Assembly (NCBI GenBank): GCA_038087875.1
Contig: JAXLNO010000073.1
Coordinates: forward strand, 248,001 to 312,000
From: Malacoraja senta
Taxonomy: Eukaryota
Length of the DNA: 64,000 nucleotides
Direction: 5' to 3'
Within the stretch, counting starts at the first letter, position 1. Each line of letters starts with the position of its first letter. Position numbers and translations under genes: made by a program. The notes under the pieces are model-generated. The model had not been told where the DNA came from, did not search any database, and worked only from the letters and a program-made list of their open reading frames with translations. Of this stretch, positions 25,612 to 38,609 are shown piece after piece.

Positions 25612-26290
25612 CCTTTCGCTGTCTATTGCCGAGGGAGCTGCGATCTCGCCGGCTGCCTGGTGTCCATGGCCTGGGCTGGCCTGCGGGTCAGCATCCTCTC
25701 CGTGGTCCTCAACCACATGGGCTCGCTCTTCTTCCCCGGCCTCCTCCCTCCTGCATTACGGCGTCCGCGCCCTCAATAGCATCGCCTTGGACACCTCGGT
25801 GTGGCTTTTACCTCCGACCTCTTCGTCGCCTTCTGCTGCCCGCGGTTCAAGCCATGCTACTGCACGGCGGAAGAAACGTGGACACGGGTGGTCAGCACCT
25901 TGGTCAGCTACCTGCAAAATATCCTGCGCTACTTCACCTAGCCCCGGCACGTTCCCGGCCGGTCACTATGTTCGAAGTCCCTTTGGGCCCGTGTACAGTA
26001 CATGTGGCCGGCAACGGTGCTCACCCCACGCATCTGCTACGTGGGTATTCTGCTGTTCAACGCCCTGACCGTCCACCGCGTCTTGGTGGCAAGTGCTTCC
26101 GTGGTACCGGTGGTCAATAGGTGGGTCCAGAGTTGGAGAACAGGAGGAGGTCCATCGTTCTTCTATTCGGCATCTCTGGCAGCTTCGTGGTCCTGTGGAA
26201 CACCGCATGTGGCGGTCTTCGTGATAGAGGTGACGCTGATGGACATGTCCACCATGGCCACGGACACCCACGCTGGGACGATGCTGATGC
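25612..26290 (+). pseudogene. Decayed GPR139-like relic, duplicate of 15303-15960
   Basis: Same motifs (ILLFNALTVHRVLVAS, ELENRRRSIVLLFGISGSFVVLW) with shared lesions. Confidence 0.85.
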
Positions 26291-27724
26291 CTCAGAGTCA
26301 TAGAGTGATACAGCGAGGAAACGATCCCTTCGGCCCAACTTGCCCATACCGCCCAACATATCCCAGCTACACCGGTCCCACCTGCCAGCATTTGGTCCAT
26401 TTCCCTCTAAACTTGTCTTACCCATGTACCTGTCTAAATGCTTATTAAATGTTGGGATAGTCCCTGCCTCAACTACCTCCTCTGGCAGCTTGTTCCATAC
26501 ACCCACCACCCTCTGTGTGAAAAAGTTACCCCTCAGATTCATGTTAATTCTTTTCCCTTTCACCTTAAACCTATGTCCTCTTATCCTCGATTTCCCTACT
26601 CTGGGCAAGCGACTACGTGCATCTACCTGATGCATTTAACTATCCTCTCATGATCTAGTGCACTTCTATAAGATCACCCCTCGTCCTCCTGCGCTCCAAT
26701 GGATAGAGTCCCAGTCTATTCTGCCCATAGCTCAGACGCTCTATTCGTGGCAACATCCTTGTAAATCTTCTTTGAACCCTTTCCAGCTTGACAACATCTT
26801 TCCTATAACTCGGTGCCCCGAACTGAACACAATATTCTAAATTTGGCCTCAACAACATCTTATACAACATCTTCAACTGTAACATGACCTCCCAACTTCT
26901 ACACTCAATACTTTGACTGAGGATGGACAATGTGCTAAACGCCGTTTGGACCGCCTTATCTACCTGTGACGACACCTTCAAGGAACTATGCACCTGCAGT
27001 CCCAGATCTCTCTGCTCTACAACACTACCCAGAGACCTACCATTTACTGTGTAGGTCCTGCCCTTGTTAGACTTCCAAACATGCAACACCTCACATTTTT
27101 CTGTATTAAATTCCATCAACCATTCCTCAGCCCACTTGTCAAATCAATCATGATCCTGCTGCAATTTTTCACAACCATCTTCACTATATGCAAAACCACC
27201 CACTTTTGTACCATCAGCAAACTTGCTAATCTTGCCATGTATGTTCTCATCCAAATCATTGATGTAGATGACGGACAGAAACGGGCCCAGCACCGACCCC
27301 TGTGACACACCACCAGTCACAGAACTCCTGTCTGAGAAGCAACCTTCCACCATCACCCTCTGCTTCCTTCCATTTGCTATCCATTCAGCTATCTTGTGTG
27401 GATCCCATGCGGTATTACCTTCCAGAGCAGCCCACCATGCAGAACCGTGTCGAATGCTTTGCTAGTCCATAGAACATTGGGGAACATCGCCGAGGAGTTT
27501 GACTGGACTTTGGTTCCTTCCCTCACAGTGGGGAACTTTCGTGCTGCTGTGGGGATGTTTGTGTGGTGGACTACTGTGTACTGTGTTTTGTGGGGTTTTT
27601 TGTTTTGTTTTTTTGTATGACTGTAAGGGAAAAAGAATTTCGTTGTCTCTTCATTGAAGACAATGACAATAAATTAAATCAAATCAAATCAAAATCAAAA
27701 TATATACAACATCTACACCTCTGC

Positions 27725-28479
27725 CTATGTCGATCTTTTTGGTCACATCTTCAAAAACAATCAGATTTGTGAGAGATGAACTCCCACGTTGAAAACCATG
27801 CTGACTATCCGTAATCAGCCCTTATCCATCTAAATGCATGTATATCCTATCCCTCTAGTAACTTTCCAACAACAGATGTTAAGTTCACCGACCTATAGTT
27901 CCATGCATTTTCCTGCAGCCCTTCTTGAAAAGAAGCACAACACTTGCCACTCTCCAGCCTCCCGGCACCTCTCCTGTATTTAAAAACGACCTGTAAATTT
28001 CAACCAGGGCTCCCGCAGTTTCCTCTCTGGTTTCCCATAATGTCTCGGATATATCTGATCAGGCCCGGGAGATTTGACTACCTCCATACACGATAGTACC
28101 TTCGGCACCAATTGAAGAGGTTCGGACTACTTTCAAGACACTTCCATTGACTGCCCCAAGTTCCTCCATACTCCCGTCTTTCTCATCGGTAAATACAGAG
28201 GAGAAATACTCATTGAGGATCTTGCCCATCACATGAGGCTCCACACGGAGGTGACCGCTTTGATTTACGAGCGGCCCCACTCTCTCTCTAGATACTCTTT
28301 TCCACTTTATGTATTTATGAAATCTCAGGATTGTTTCAAAGTTATCTACCAGAGCTATCACCTGCCCATGTTGGTCCTTCTGATTTCCTTTTTTAGTTTA
28401 CTCCTTAGTTCCAGAGACTCCTCCAAGGATACACTTGATCCCAGCTGCCTATATCTGTCCCATGCAACTTCTTATTCTT
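27725..28479 (-). mobile_element. CR1-like ORF2 fragment, downstream part of an element split by L1
   Basis: KYIKWKRVSRERVGPL...ILNEYFSSVFT. Continues from 33475-33735 across the TSD. Confidence 0.82.
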
Positions 28480-31400
28480 TTTTTTTTTTTTTAAATTTGT
28501 ATTTTATTAGAAGTACATTACATTACAACCACATACATTAGTACTTGTCATTTATATCTTCTTACAATTAATGTACTCCATTTATTTTTTACACTAGAAA
28601 AGGAAAAGATTGAAAGAAAGAAGAAAGTGAAGGAAAAAGTGAAAGTGTAGGAAATGTGACAACAAAAAAGGACGAAGACCCTATAAGAGCAAAATTAAAA
28701 ACAAAAGAAAAAGAGTTAAGAAATAGACCCTAGGAAAGAAAGAGAGAGAGAGAAAGAGGAAAAAGAGAGAAACAAATATTTTTATGAGCATTACGTAAAT
28801 GGGACATACCAACTCTTCAACTATCATCCCCCCTTACCTGACCTCAATTTTTTTTTTTTAAGTACTTTTGCACCCTATGTTTGTAATAATTCTATAAATG
28901 CAGACCACGTCAGGTGGAAATGATCTGGTTTACCTGCTAGGAGGAGTCTTATTTCTTCTAGGTGTAATGTTTCAAACATATTTGAAATCCACATATTTAT
29001 AGTTGGTATTGGAGCCTTCTTCCAAAATTTTAGAATTAGCTTTTTTCCAGTTATTAACCCATAGTCCATTAGTTTCTTTTGAAACACATTTAGTTCTGGA
29101 CCATCTTCCGTTATACCGAAGATAATCCATTCTGCTTTGGGTATCAGTCTTGTTTTAAATAACTTTGTAAAGATTTCAAAAATTTCATTCAAAAATTTTT
29201 GAATTTTTGTACAAGAAACGAATGAGTGCGTTATGGTAGCTTCTTGGGATTGACATTTATCACAAATAGATGATACATTTGGGAAAATTTTATGAATTTT
29301 AGTTTTCGAATAATGTATTATGGGAATCTTTTAAAGCACACATTAGGGGTATTATAATTTCATATCAAGCTTTTCAAAATAAAAAGAATAAGAATGAACA
29401 AAGACAGTTAGAAGAACTTATTAGACAAATGGATATAGATAATGCTAAAGATCCATCAATAGATAAACATAATAAAATAATAATTTTGAAATTTAAATTA
29501 AATAAATTATTATCTGCCAAACTTATAAGACTTTTTCAAATTACAAAACAAGAGCACTTTGAATTTGGGGATAAACCGCATAAACTTTTGGCTCGCCAGC
29601 TAAAAAAACGAGAAAAGGAACATACTATACCAAAGATCAAATCAGATAAAGGGGAATTATTAACAACACCAAAGGATATTAATAATAGATTTGCGCAATT
29701 TTATGAGAATTTGTATACATCTAAAACGACAAGTGATTCCAATAATATCACAAAGTTCATGGATACCTGTAATCTTCCAAAGTTAGAATTGAAGGAACAA
29801 GAGGAACTGGGTGCACAAATCTCAATTAAGGAATTAGAAGATACAATAAACTCACTAAAGAATGGAAAAACACCAGGCCCTGACGGATTTACTAATGAAT
29901 TTTATAAAAGCTTTTACGATAAAATAATACCAAGATTACAAAAAATGTACCAATATGCTTTTAAAAAACGAATACTACCTGATACATTAGCGGAATCAAC
30001 GATTACATTAATACCTAAGAAAAATAAAGACTTAGAAGAACCTGGTTCATATAGAGCTATAGCATTGTTAAACACAGATCAAAAAATATTAGCGAAAACA
30101 TTGGCTAGAAGATTAAGTAAATACATTAGTAAATTAATAAACCCAGATCAGACGGGGTTTATCCCTAAGAGATACTCATCTAACAATATGAGACGTCTAC
30201 TCAACATAATGCACTCACACAAATCTGAAGATCAAGAATTATCAATTATTTCGCTGGATGCTGAAAAAGCATTTGATCAAGTAGAATGGAATTATATGGA
30301 CAAAGTATTACAAAAATTTCAACTGGGGGAGAATTTTATTCTATGGATCAAGTTACTATATAACAAACCTACAGCTAGAATACTAACTAATAACATATTA
30401 TCCTCGAAATTCCAACTATCAAGGGGAAATAGACAAGGATGCTCATTATCACCACAACTGTTTGCTCTCATTATTGAACCGCCAGCAGAAAAAATTAGAA
30501 TACACCCTGATATCCAGGGATATAATACTAAAGATTCATATAATAAAATATCTTTATACGCGGATGATATATTACTGTACATTACAAAACCTCAAATCAC
30601 TATACCAAATATATTAAATTTAATTGAAGATTTTGGATCTTTTTCTGGATATAGAATAAATTGGAATAAAAGTGAAAGTATGTCAATAAAACCGAAAGAT
30701 TCATCACATCTTTTAAAATTCCCTTTTAAAATAGCTACAGAAAAATTTAAATATTTGGGAATCGAAATTACCAGATCATATCAAGGTATGTTTAGGGCAA
30801 ATTTTGACCCCTTACTTAATAAATTAAACACACTAATTAAATTCTGTAAAACGCTCCCGATGTCTTTAATAGGCCGAATAAACGCAATAAAAATGATCTT
30901 TTTACCACAAATTTTATACCTATTTCAATCAATTCCTATATACTTACCAAAGAAGTGTTTTAAAAAACTCGACTCAGATATCACTAATTTTATATGGGAC
31001 TATAAATCACAGAATACAAAAAACTCATCTGAATAAACCTAAAGTATTAGGGGGTTTAGCACTACCTAATTTTATGTATTATTATTGGTCAGTAAATATT
31101 AAAAATATGATTCAACTGATGGATAACTCCGCCCAGCAAGCGGACTGGATTGTAATGGAGAAAAAGGATTGCTCCTCTAGAAACATTGGAGCGATCCTCC
31201 TCTCTCCAATGAAATTGAATAACATAAATTATAATAAGAACCCAATTATTCATAGTACAATCCGAATTTGGAAACAAATAAAACAAAATTTAAAATTAAG
31301 AAATTTATCACTTTTATTACCTATAGTCAATAACCCTTCGTTTAATCCTTCTATTATAGATAAAGCTTATACACAATGGGATAGATTAGGAATTAAAACG

Positions 31401-33474
31401 CTTGGTGACTTGTATGAAACTGGAAAATTACTTTCATTTCAACAATTACAAATAAAATATAAACTCGGAAATAATCAATATTTTAAATATTTTCAAATAT
31501 GCGACTATTTGAAAAAATATACAATAGATCATCATAATAACCCAGCAGATGTACTGGACGAGGCAATGCAGATAAAAGCGGAATCAGCAAACTTAATATC
31601 ATATTTGTATAATATTATCTTAAATGCACAAATACCATCTACGGAGGGTATCAGAAGAGACTGGGAACAAGAGTTAGCTATTAAAATTTCAAAGGAAAGT
31701 TGGAATGAATACATTAAACGTGCATAAATGCTCGATTAATTTAAGACACACTTTAATACAATTTAAAATTTTACATAGATTATATTATTCGAAAACTAAA
31801 ATTCATAAAATTATCTGGAGTATCATTTATTTGAAAAAAGACCTCCATTTGTTCTTTTAAATATATACTCGCTTGTGGATCTTTTAGAATTTGAGAATTA
31901 AATCTCCAAAACGATTTATTCTTAGACAATCGTTCCAGTTTTAAAAAGAAAGTTAGTGGAGAATGGACTGAAATCGAGTTTGTGTGGTATATTGCATTAG
32001 ATGTTTGGGGGATTAATTTTGTATCCAGCAGAAAGTAGTCTATACGTGAGTATGTCTTATGTACCATTGAGTAAAACGAGTATTCCCTGCCAGTTGGATT
32101 AACAATTCTCCAAACATCTGCTATATTAGTGTTGTTTATATAGGTATTGAGAAGTTCCCCAGTTTTCTATTTCATATTCCCTCTCTGTTTTTGACTTGAT
32201 TTATCTAAGTACGGATCTAAAACACAGTTAAAGTCTCCTCCTATTATAACATTTTGATAGTTTGACTGCAATTATGTTGAAAATTTTATTGAAAAAGTGG
32301 GGGTTATCAAAGTTAGGGGCATATATATTTACCAAAGTAAGAGGAGTATCATGGATTTCTCCATTAACTATTAGGTATCTCCCTTCTATATCTGTTATAA
32401 TATTCTTTGCTTTAAATGGTATACCTTTTCTTATGATGATTGACGTGCCTCTAGATTTTGAAGTAAATGAAGAGTGGTATGTTTGACCTATCCATTTCGC
32501 CCTCAACCTAACTTGATCCTGAGATTTTAGGTGTGTTTCTTGTAGGAAGATAATGTCGGAGTTGTACAATTTCAGCTGAGCTAGTATCTTACCCCTTTTA
32601 ATAGGTTCGTTAATACCTCTTATATTCCAACTACAAAATGAGATTCCTCCTAGGTTCTTTTGTGTGGTGTCATGCATTTTGAATAATTATAGTACCTTTA
32701 AATCTTGTGGTGCATCCAAATCCCAGGTCTTTAGGTATTGGGGGAGCTTTTGAGTTTTTAGGTTTTGCTGTTATGTCCATTTTACGCTTGTCACTAAGCA
32801 CAAAACACAAACAAGTGATTTTATGTGATAAAAAAAAACTATAAAAGTGAAGATACAGTGTCTAATATAGTCGGCACTGTAGCGAGTGTCCCACCTGTAG
32901 GTGGGAAAAAACCTTGTTTTGACTTCCATTGCGTTGTTACACAAATAGCTCCGCTCTCTTGGTTAATCATAACATATTATAATATTAAAACGGGGCCTCA
33001 GATTCAGATATATAATACACTTTTACCCTGTGTGTTTCATTGTAACATATATATATATATATATATCGGAATTTTAACTACTGATTATTAAACCGATACT
33101 TTTGACTTCAATAAGAATCAACTGCTGGTTGAAGGGGTTAACGAGACGTGCCCCTGGACCTAAGCCAGTTGCTCGTTTCTCATCCCCTCCTCCCACTTAT
33201 AGATAAGGTTTCAGTTTATTAAAAATTCATATTAGTATGTTAGTTCGTTATTTTTTATTTTTGTTTTTATTAGTATTCTAATCTAACATGCATAATTTAT
33301 TAAGTTGTTAATAGGATAAGTTCTTACAATTGGTTATAATATTATATTCAAAAAAGCAATTATATGCTTTCTGGTATATACCATTGCCATCTGGTTAGTT
33401 GTTTACTCGTTTTGAACAGAAAGTGTCCTTGATTCAACATTCCGAAGATAACAGTGTAACTATCCCCAGACAAA
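28480..33474 (-). mobile_element. L1-clade LINE, 5'-truncated (no ORF1), with an internal 2.5-kb inversion and 16-bp TSD
   Basis: APE endonuclease on minus (32677 MHD..SWNIRG..FLQETH..NIYAPN..YSRIDYF). RT on plus (29429-31036; LDAEKAFD, RQGCSLSP, YADD). C-terminus, AATAAA and polyA on minus (28480-29314). TSD gcaacttcttattctt at 28464-28479 and 33475-33490. Frameshifts and stops present. Confidence 0.95.
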
Positions 33475-33735
33475 GCAACTTCTTATTCTTGACCAATGCC
33501 TCAATTTCCCTCCTCAGCCAAGCTTCCTTACGTTTGCCTGCCTTGCCTTTCACTCTAACGGGGACGTGCATATCCTGAACGTTCGTCAGCACACTTTTAA
33601 AAACATCCCACTTAGCTGATGTTCCTTTCCCCTCAACTGCTCGATCAACTTGAGCGAGATCTTCTCTCATACCCTCAAAGTTGACCTTAGCCCAGTTGAG
33701 CACTTTAACACGTGGCCCTCTCTGTCCCTATCCAT
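33475..33735 (-). mobile_element. CR1-like ORF2 fragment, upstream part of the element split by L1
   Basis: LNWAKVNFEGMREDLAQVD...WLRREIEALVKNKK. Confidence 0.82.
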
Positions 33736-34139
33736 AACTGTATTAGTGGGGATCATGATAGAAGCCTCCTCGTGGCGATCCACGGAAACGACGACACGAT
33801 GCACTCTGCGTTCTGTGACACGTCGGGCGATCAATTCTGGCAACATGTTGGACAACGACAGAAGCCAACAGTGACCTATACGTCGTCTGACACACAAGCG
33901 AACTATATTACATCCGCGTCTCTATTATGACTGAATAACCACGCCATACCCCTCATATTTTTGTATGCATCTATCAGATCCCTCCTCAACCTCCGACGCT
34001 CAAGGGAAAACCGTCCAAGTTAGTCTAACCTCTCCTTACAACTCATACCATCTAATGGAGAACAGATTAACTTTCAGAAGGAACCATTCGGAACCATTTG
34101 GAAAAGATCACTTTAGTGAACAATTAACCATAGAGTCTC

Positions 34140-37110
34140 GGAGGCACAGAGTGATACAGCATGGGAACAGGCCCTTCGGCCCAACTTGCCCGCACCGGCC
34201 AACATGCCCCGCCTACACTAGTCCCACCTGCCTGCGCTTGGTCCATATCCCTCCAAACCTGTCCTATCCATGTACCTGTCTAACTATTTATTCAACTTTG
34301 GGATAGACCCAGCATCAACTATCTCCTCCGACAGCTTGTTCCATACACCCACCACCCTTTGAGTGAAAAAGTGACCCCTCAGAATGTTGATAAATCTTTT
34401 CCCCTTCACCTTAAACCGATGTCCTCTGGTCCTCGGTTCACCTAGTCTAGGCGAGAGACTCTGTGCGTCTAGCCGATCTATTATTCTCATGATTTTATAG
34501 ACAAATTTTACACTTGAATTTAATCCAGTTTAGTTTGGTTTAGTTTCGTTTAGTTTAGAGATAAGTTGCGGAAACAGGCGCTTGGACCCTGAGAGGTCGT
34601 GTTAGGTCACAAAACGACCCAGATAAAACTGGGAAAGTGGGCAAGCGAATGGCGATTAGGATTTAACTCAGGCTCGTGTGAAGTGATGCTCTTTGGGAAG
34701 TTCACACAGGCTGGACCACATGGAATGCCAGCCCCTTGTGGCGTGTTATTGAACAACGAAATATCACATAGAAATATAGACACATAGAAAGTAGGTGGAG
34801 TTGGAGGCCCTTCGACCCTTCGAACCAGCACCGCCATTCAATGTGATCATGGATGATCATCCAGAATCAGTGCCCCGTTCCTGCTTTTTCCGCATATCCC
34901 TTGATGTCATTAGCCCTCTGAGCTATATCTAACTCTCTCTCGAAAACATCCAGTGAATTGGCCTCCACTGCCTTCTGTGGCAGAGAGCCGTGTTACCCTT
35001 TTAAACGTCCAAGTATTTAATTCCATGAACATTGCGAAACACGTCGTAGACTGATGAAGAAGCTTGCCTTAATCGGCTTTGAGTAATAATATATAGGATC
35101 TCGATGCAGTTCTACAGAACATTGCTCACGTGTCAGTTTTTAGTTTAGTTTAGTTTAGAGCAACAGCGCGGAACCAGGCCCTTCGGCCCACCGAGTCCGT
35201 GCCGACCAGCGATCCCCGCACACTAACGCCATCCTACACAAACTAGGGACAATTTACAATTTTACCAAGTCAATTAACATGCAAACCTGTACGTCTTTGG
35301 AGTGTGGGAGGAAACCGGAGCATCCGGGGAAAACCCGCGCAGGTCACGGGGAGAACGTGCAAACTCGGTAGAGACAAGCACCTGTAGTCGGAATCGAACC
35401 CGGGTCTGTGGCGCTATGAGGAAGCTACTCTACCGCTGCGCCACCGTTCTGTTCAATGACAACTGTTCACACAGAAATCCAAACTCCAACCCATCTAAAC
35501 TGGCGATTAACATGTTGTGTTCAATATTTAAATCCCGGGATGGCGGGACTGTCATATGCTGAGAGAATGGAGCAGCTGGGCTTGTACACTCTGGAGTTTA
35601 GAAGGATGAGAGCGGATCTCATTGAAACATATACGATTGTTAAGGGCTTGGACACGCTAGAGGCAGGAAACATGTTATAGATGTTGGGGGAGTCCAGAAC
35701 CAGGGGCCACAGTTTAAGAATAAGGAGTAAGCCATTTAGAACGGAGACGAAGCAACACTTCTTCTCACAGAGAGTAGTGAGTCTGCGGAATTGTCTGCCT
35801 CAGAGGGCGGTGGAGGTAGGTTCTCTGGATGCTTTCAAGAGAGAGCTAGATAGGGCTCTTAAAAATAGCGGAGTCAGAGGACATGGGGAGAAGGCAGGAA
35901 CGGGGTACTGATTGGGCTGTGCTGGCTCGAAGGGCCAAATGTCCTACTCCTGCACCTATTGTCTATTGTCTATTGTCTATTAATTCAATGCCCCGTCACA
36001 GACGTGCTGTAAATCTTCTATCTCCGTTGTTCCAGGTGTGGACTCTTATACATCGGCGAGAACAAACGTAGACTGGGCGATTGTTTCACTGAACACCTCC
36101 GCTCAGTCCGCCTGGACCTACCTGATCTCCCAGTTGCCAAACACGTTAACTCCCCGTCCCATTCCCACACTGACCTTTCTGTCCTGGGCCTCCTCCACTG
36201 TCAGAGTGAGACCCAGCGCAAATTGGAGGAACAGCATCTCAATATTTCGCTTGGGCAGCTTATGAATCCTGATTTCCTGAACATCAAGTAACCCTTGCTT
36301 TCCCTCTCTCTCCATCCCCACCCTCCCTAACCCTTATAGCGTCATATAGCATGGAAGCATGCCCTTCGGCCCATTCACTCTATTCCCACCAAGAGGCCCC
36401 ATCTAATCTAGTCCCATTTGCCCTGTATCACACAGGCCCTTCGGCCCACAGAATCCGTGCGGCCCAGTGATCCCCGCACACTAACACTATCCTTCACACA
36501 CTAGGGACAATTTTGCAATTTTAATCTAAGCCAATTAACATACAAACCTGCCCGTCTTTGAAGTGTGGGAGGAAACTGGAGCACCCGGGGGGTACCACGC
36601 GGTCACAGGGAGAACGTATAAACTCGGTACAGACAGCACCGGTGGTCAGGATCGAACCCGGGTCGCTGGTGCTGTGGTGCTGTGAGGCAGCAACTCTATA
36701 GCTGCGCCACTATGCCATTGCTATTGTCCCAGCCTCAACTACCTCCTCTGGCACCTCGTTCCATATATCCACAGCCCTCGGTGGTGCAGCGGTAGAGTTG
36801 CAGCCTTGCAGCGCCATTGACCCGGGTTCGATCCTGACGACGGGTGCTGTCTGTGCGGAATGTATAGGTCCTCCCCGTGACCTGCCTGGGTTTTCTCCGG
36901 GTGCTCCGGTTTCCTCCCACACTCCAAAGACGTACAGATTTGCAGGTTAATTGACTTGGCTTTGTAGGCTAATCGGCGTGATACATTTGTAAATTGTTCC
37001 TAGTATGTGTATGATGATGTTACCGTGTGGGTATCGCTGGTCGGCGTGGGCTCGGTGGGCTGAACGACCTGTTTCCGCGCTGTATCTCGAAACTAAGCTA
37101 AACTAAGTCT
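34140..37110. mobile_element. Mixed CR1 3' fragments, V-SINEs (minus ~35140-35446, minus ~36430-36710, plus ~36778-37107) and a Penelope fragment (~36020-36330)
   Basis: Similarity to the same families elsewhere in the window. Confidence 0.75.
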
Positions 37111-37149
37111 GTAGGGATATGACCCAGGTGCAGGCAAGTGGGACTAGCA

Positions 37150-38015
37150 CAGTTAAGCATGGACGAGTTGGGCCGAAAGGCCTGTTTCCGTGCTGTGCGA
37201 CTCCACGACTATGACTGGAGGGTTTGAGTTATGAGGAATGCAATGTTATGGGAAGAAGGCAGGAGGATAGGGTTGAGAAGGAACAATAGAGCAGCCTTGA
37301 TGGACTGGTGGAGTAGACTCAATGGGCTGAATGCTCTTCCCAGAGTGCATTGGATAGCACGGACGAGGGGCTGAAGGGCCTGTTGCCATGCTGTATGACT
37401 CTCTCGCTCTATGGTTGGTAGCCTTAGATTATATGGACCAACCAGGATAGGTTGGGACTTTCCCCCCCCGGAGTGCCTTGGATAGCACGGACGAGTTGGG
37501 CTGAAGGGCCTGTTTCCATGCTGTATGACTCTAACTATGACTGAAGGGCTTGGGTTATAAGGAGAGACCAAGGTATGTTGGGACATTTTGTTTCCCTGGA
37601 GTGCCTTGGATAGCACGAATGGGTTGGGCCGAAGGGACTATCTCCGTACTGTACGAAACTGTGACTGGGTGGCTTCAGATGAAGTGAACACTCACAGTCC
37701 TTATCCTAAGGTAGAGGATGTCGGGGCTTTTCCTTCCCTGGGGTGTCTTGGATAGCACGGATGAGTTGGGCCGAAGGGGGGGGGGGGGGGGGCCTATTTC
37801 TGTGCTGCATGATTCTCTAGCTCTGCGACTGGAGAGCTTGAGTTATAAGGAGAGACAAAGGTAGATTGTGGCTATTTTCTTTGCCTAGAGTGTAGGCTAG
37901 CACGGACGAGCAGGGCGGAAGGGCCTGGTTCTGTACTGTGTGACTGTCTAACTACGACTGGAGAGGCACGGGTTATAAGGAGTGAGAGGTTACGGCTTCT
38001 TTTTCGTTCCCTGGA
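37150..38015. repeat. Degenerate tandem repeat (~6 units, mostly 125-145 bp) built from CR1 fragments
   Basis: Recurrent atagcacggacgagttgggccgaagggcctg...gactggagggcttgagttataaggag near 37160, 37354, 37482, 37609, 37752, 37898. Confidence 0.8.
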
Positions 38016-38072
38016 GTGTGTCGGCCAGCAGGGGCGAGCTGCCTCCGCGCCTGTCTCCGCAGTCCTCGTCCT

Positions 38073-38468
38073 CTAGTACGTAGAGCTTTTCCTGGTGACG
38101 CTGTAGATGTTGACCTCGAGGTTTGGGGTCTGGTAGACCAGCTGGTAATGGAAGAGTTCAGGGAGGAGGGGGGCGTAGAATTCCACGGCCCCCATCTTCT
38201 CGCTCATGATGGAGCTGAGGTAGATCACGGTCCGCCGATCGCTCAGGTGCAGGAGAGTCTTCAGTAGCAGGAGGAAGGTGCGCGGCCGGTAGACGATGTC
38301 GGAGCCCAGGATGATGTCGTAGTCTCTGGGGAACTGGTCCTCCTCCTCGCCCCAAGACAGCGCGGCCATCTTGGGGCGGGGGAACCATGGAGGGTGACAC
38401 GTTTCTGGCCACGTTGCGTTCGATCTGACCCAGAACCTCGGGCTTGTCGGTCAAGGTCACCTGTCCCC
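38073..38468 (-). pseudogene. EEF1AKMT3: EEF1A lysine methyltransferase 3 (METTL21B)-like terminal exon, with a +1 frameshift as assembled
   Basis: Acceptor tttggcag|GG, then GQVTLTDKPEVLGQIERNVARN / ALSWGEEEDQFPRDYDIILGSDIVY...LLKTLLHL...IYLSS...VNIYSVTRK*. Colinear with the METTL21B last exon as I recall it (VTITD, LSWG, DxVY). One extra base at the G runs near 38373-38382. Confidence 0.8.
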
Positions 38469-38609
38469 CTGCCAAACAGCGAGAGCGCCCGTCATTCACT
38501 GCGTCCTCGAACAGCCGCGCCCCATCCCGCGGGGAGCTACGCGCACTCCGAGACTCGCCACCCAAGGGGCAAGGTGGCGGGGAAAGCAATGGGTCGGGCA
38601 CCATCCGTG

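Larger units (their letters stand above)
17216..27539. repeat. Tandem duplication unit C (~10.3 kb)
   Basis: Junction gggaacttt|gagcagaatgg at 17215/17216 joins the equivalent of 27539 to the equivalent of 8906. Extra length comes from the insertion at 20738-21194 and the non-homologous block ~21598-23310. Confidence 0.9.

Noticed and set aside
36778..36850. tRNA-like sequence with A and B boxes
   Set aside because: It is the head of a V-SINE and continues into the SINE body, so it is not a tRNA gene.
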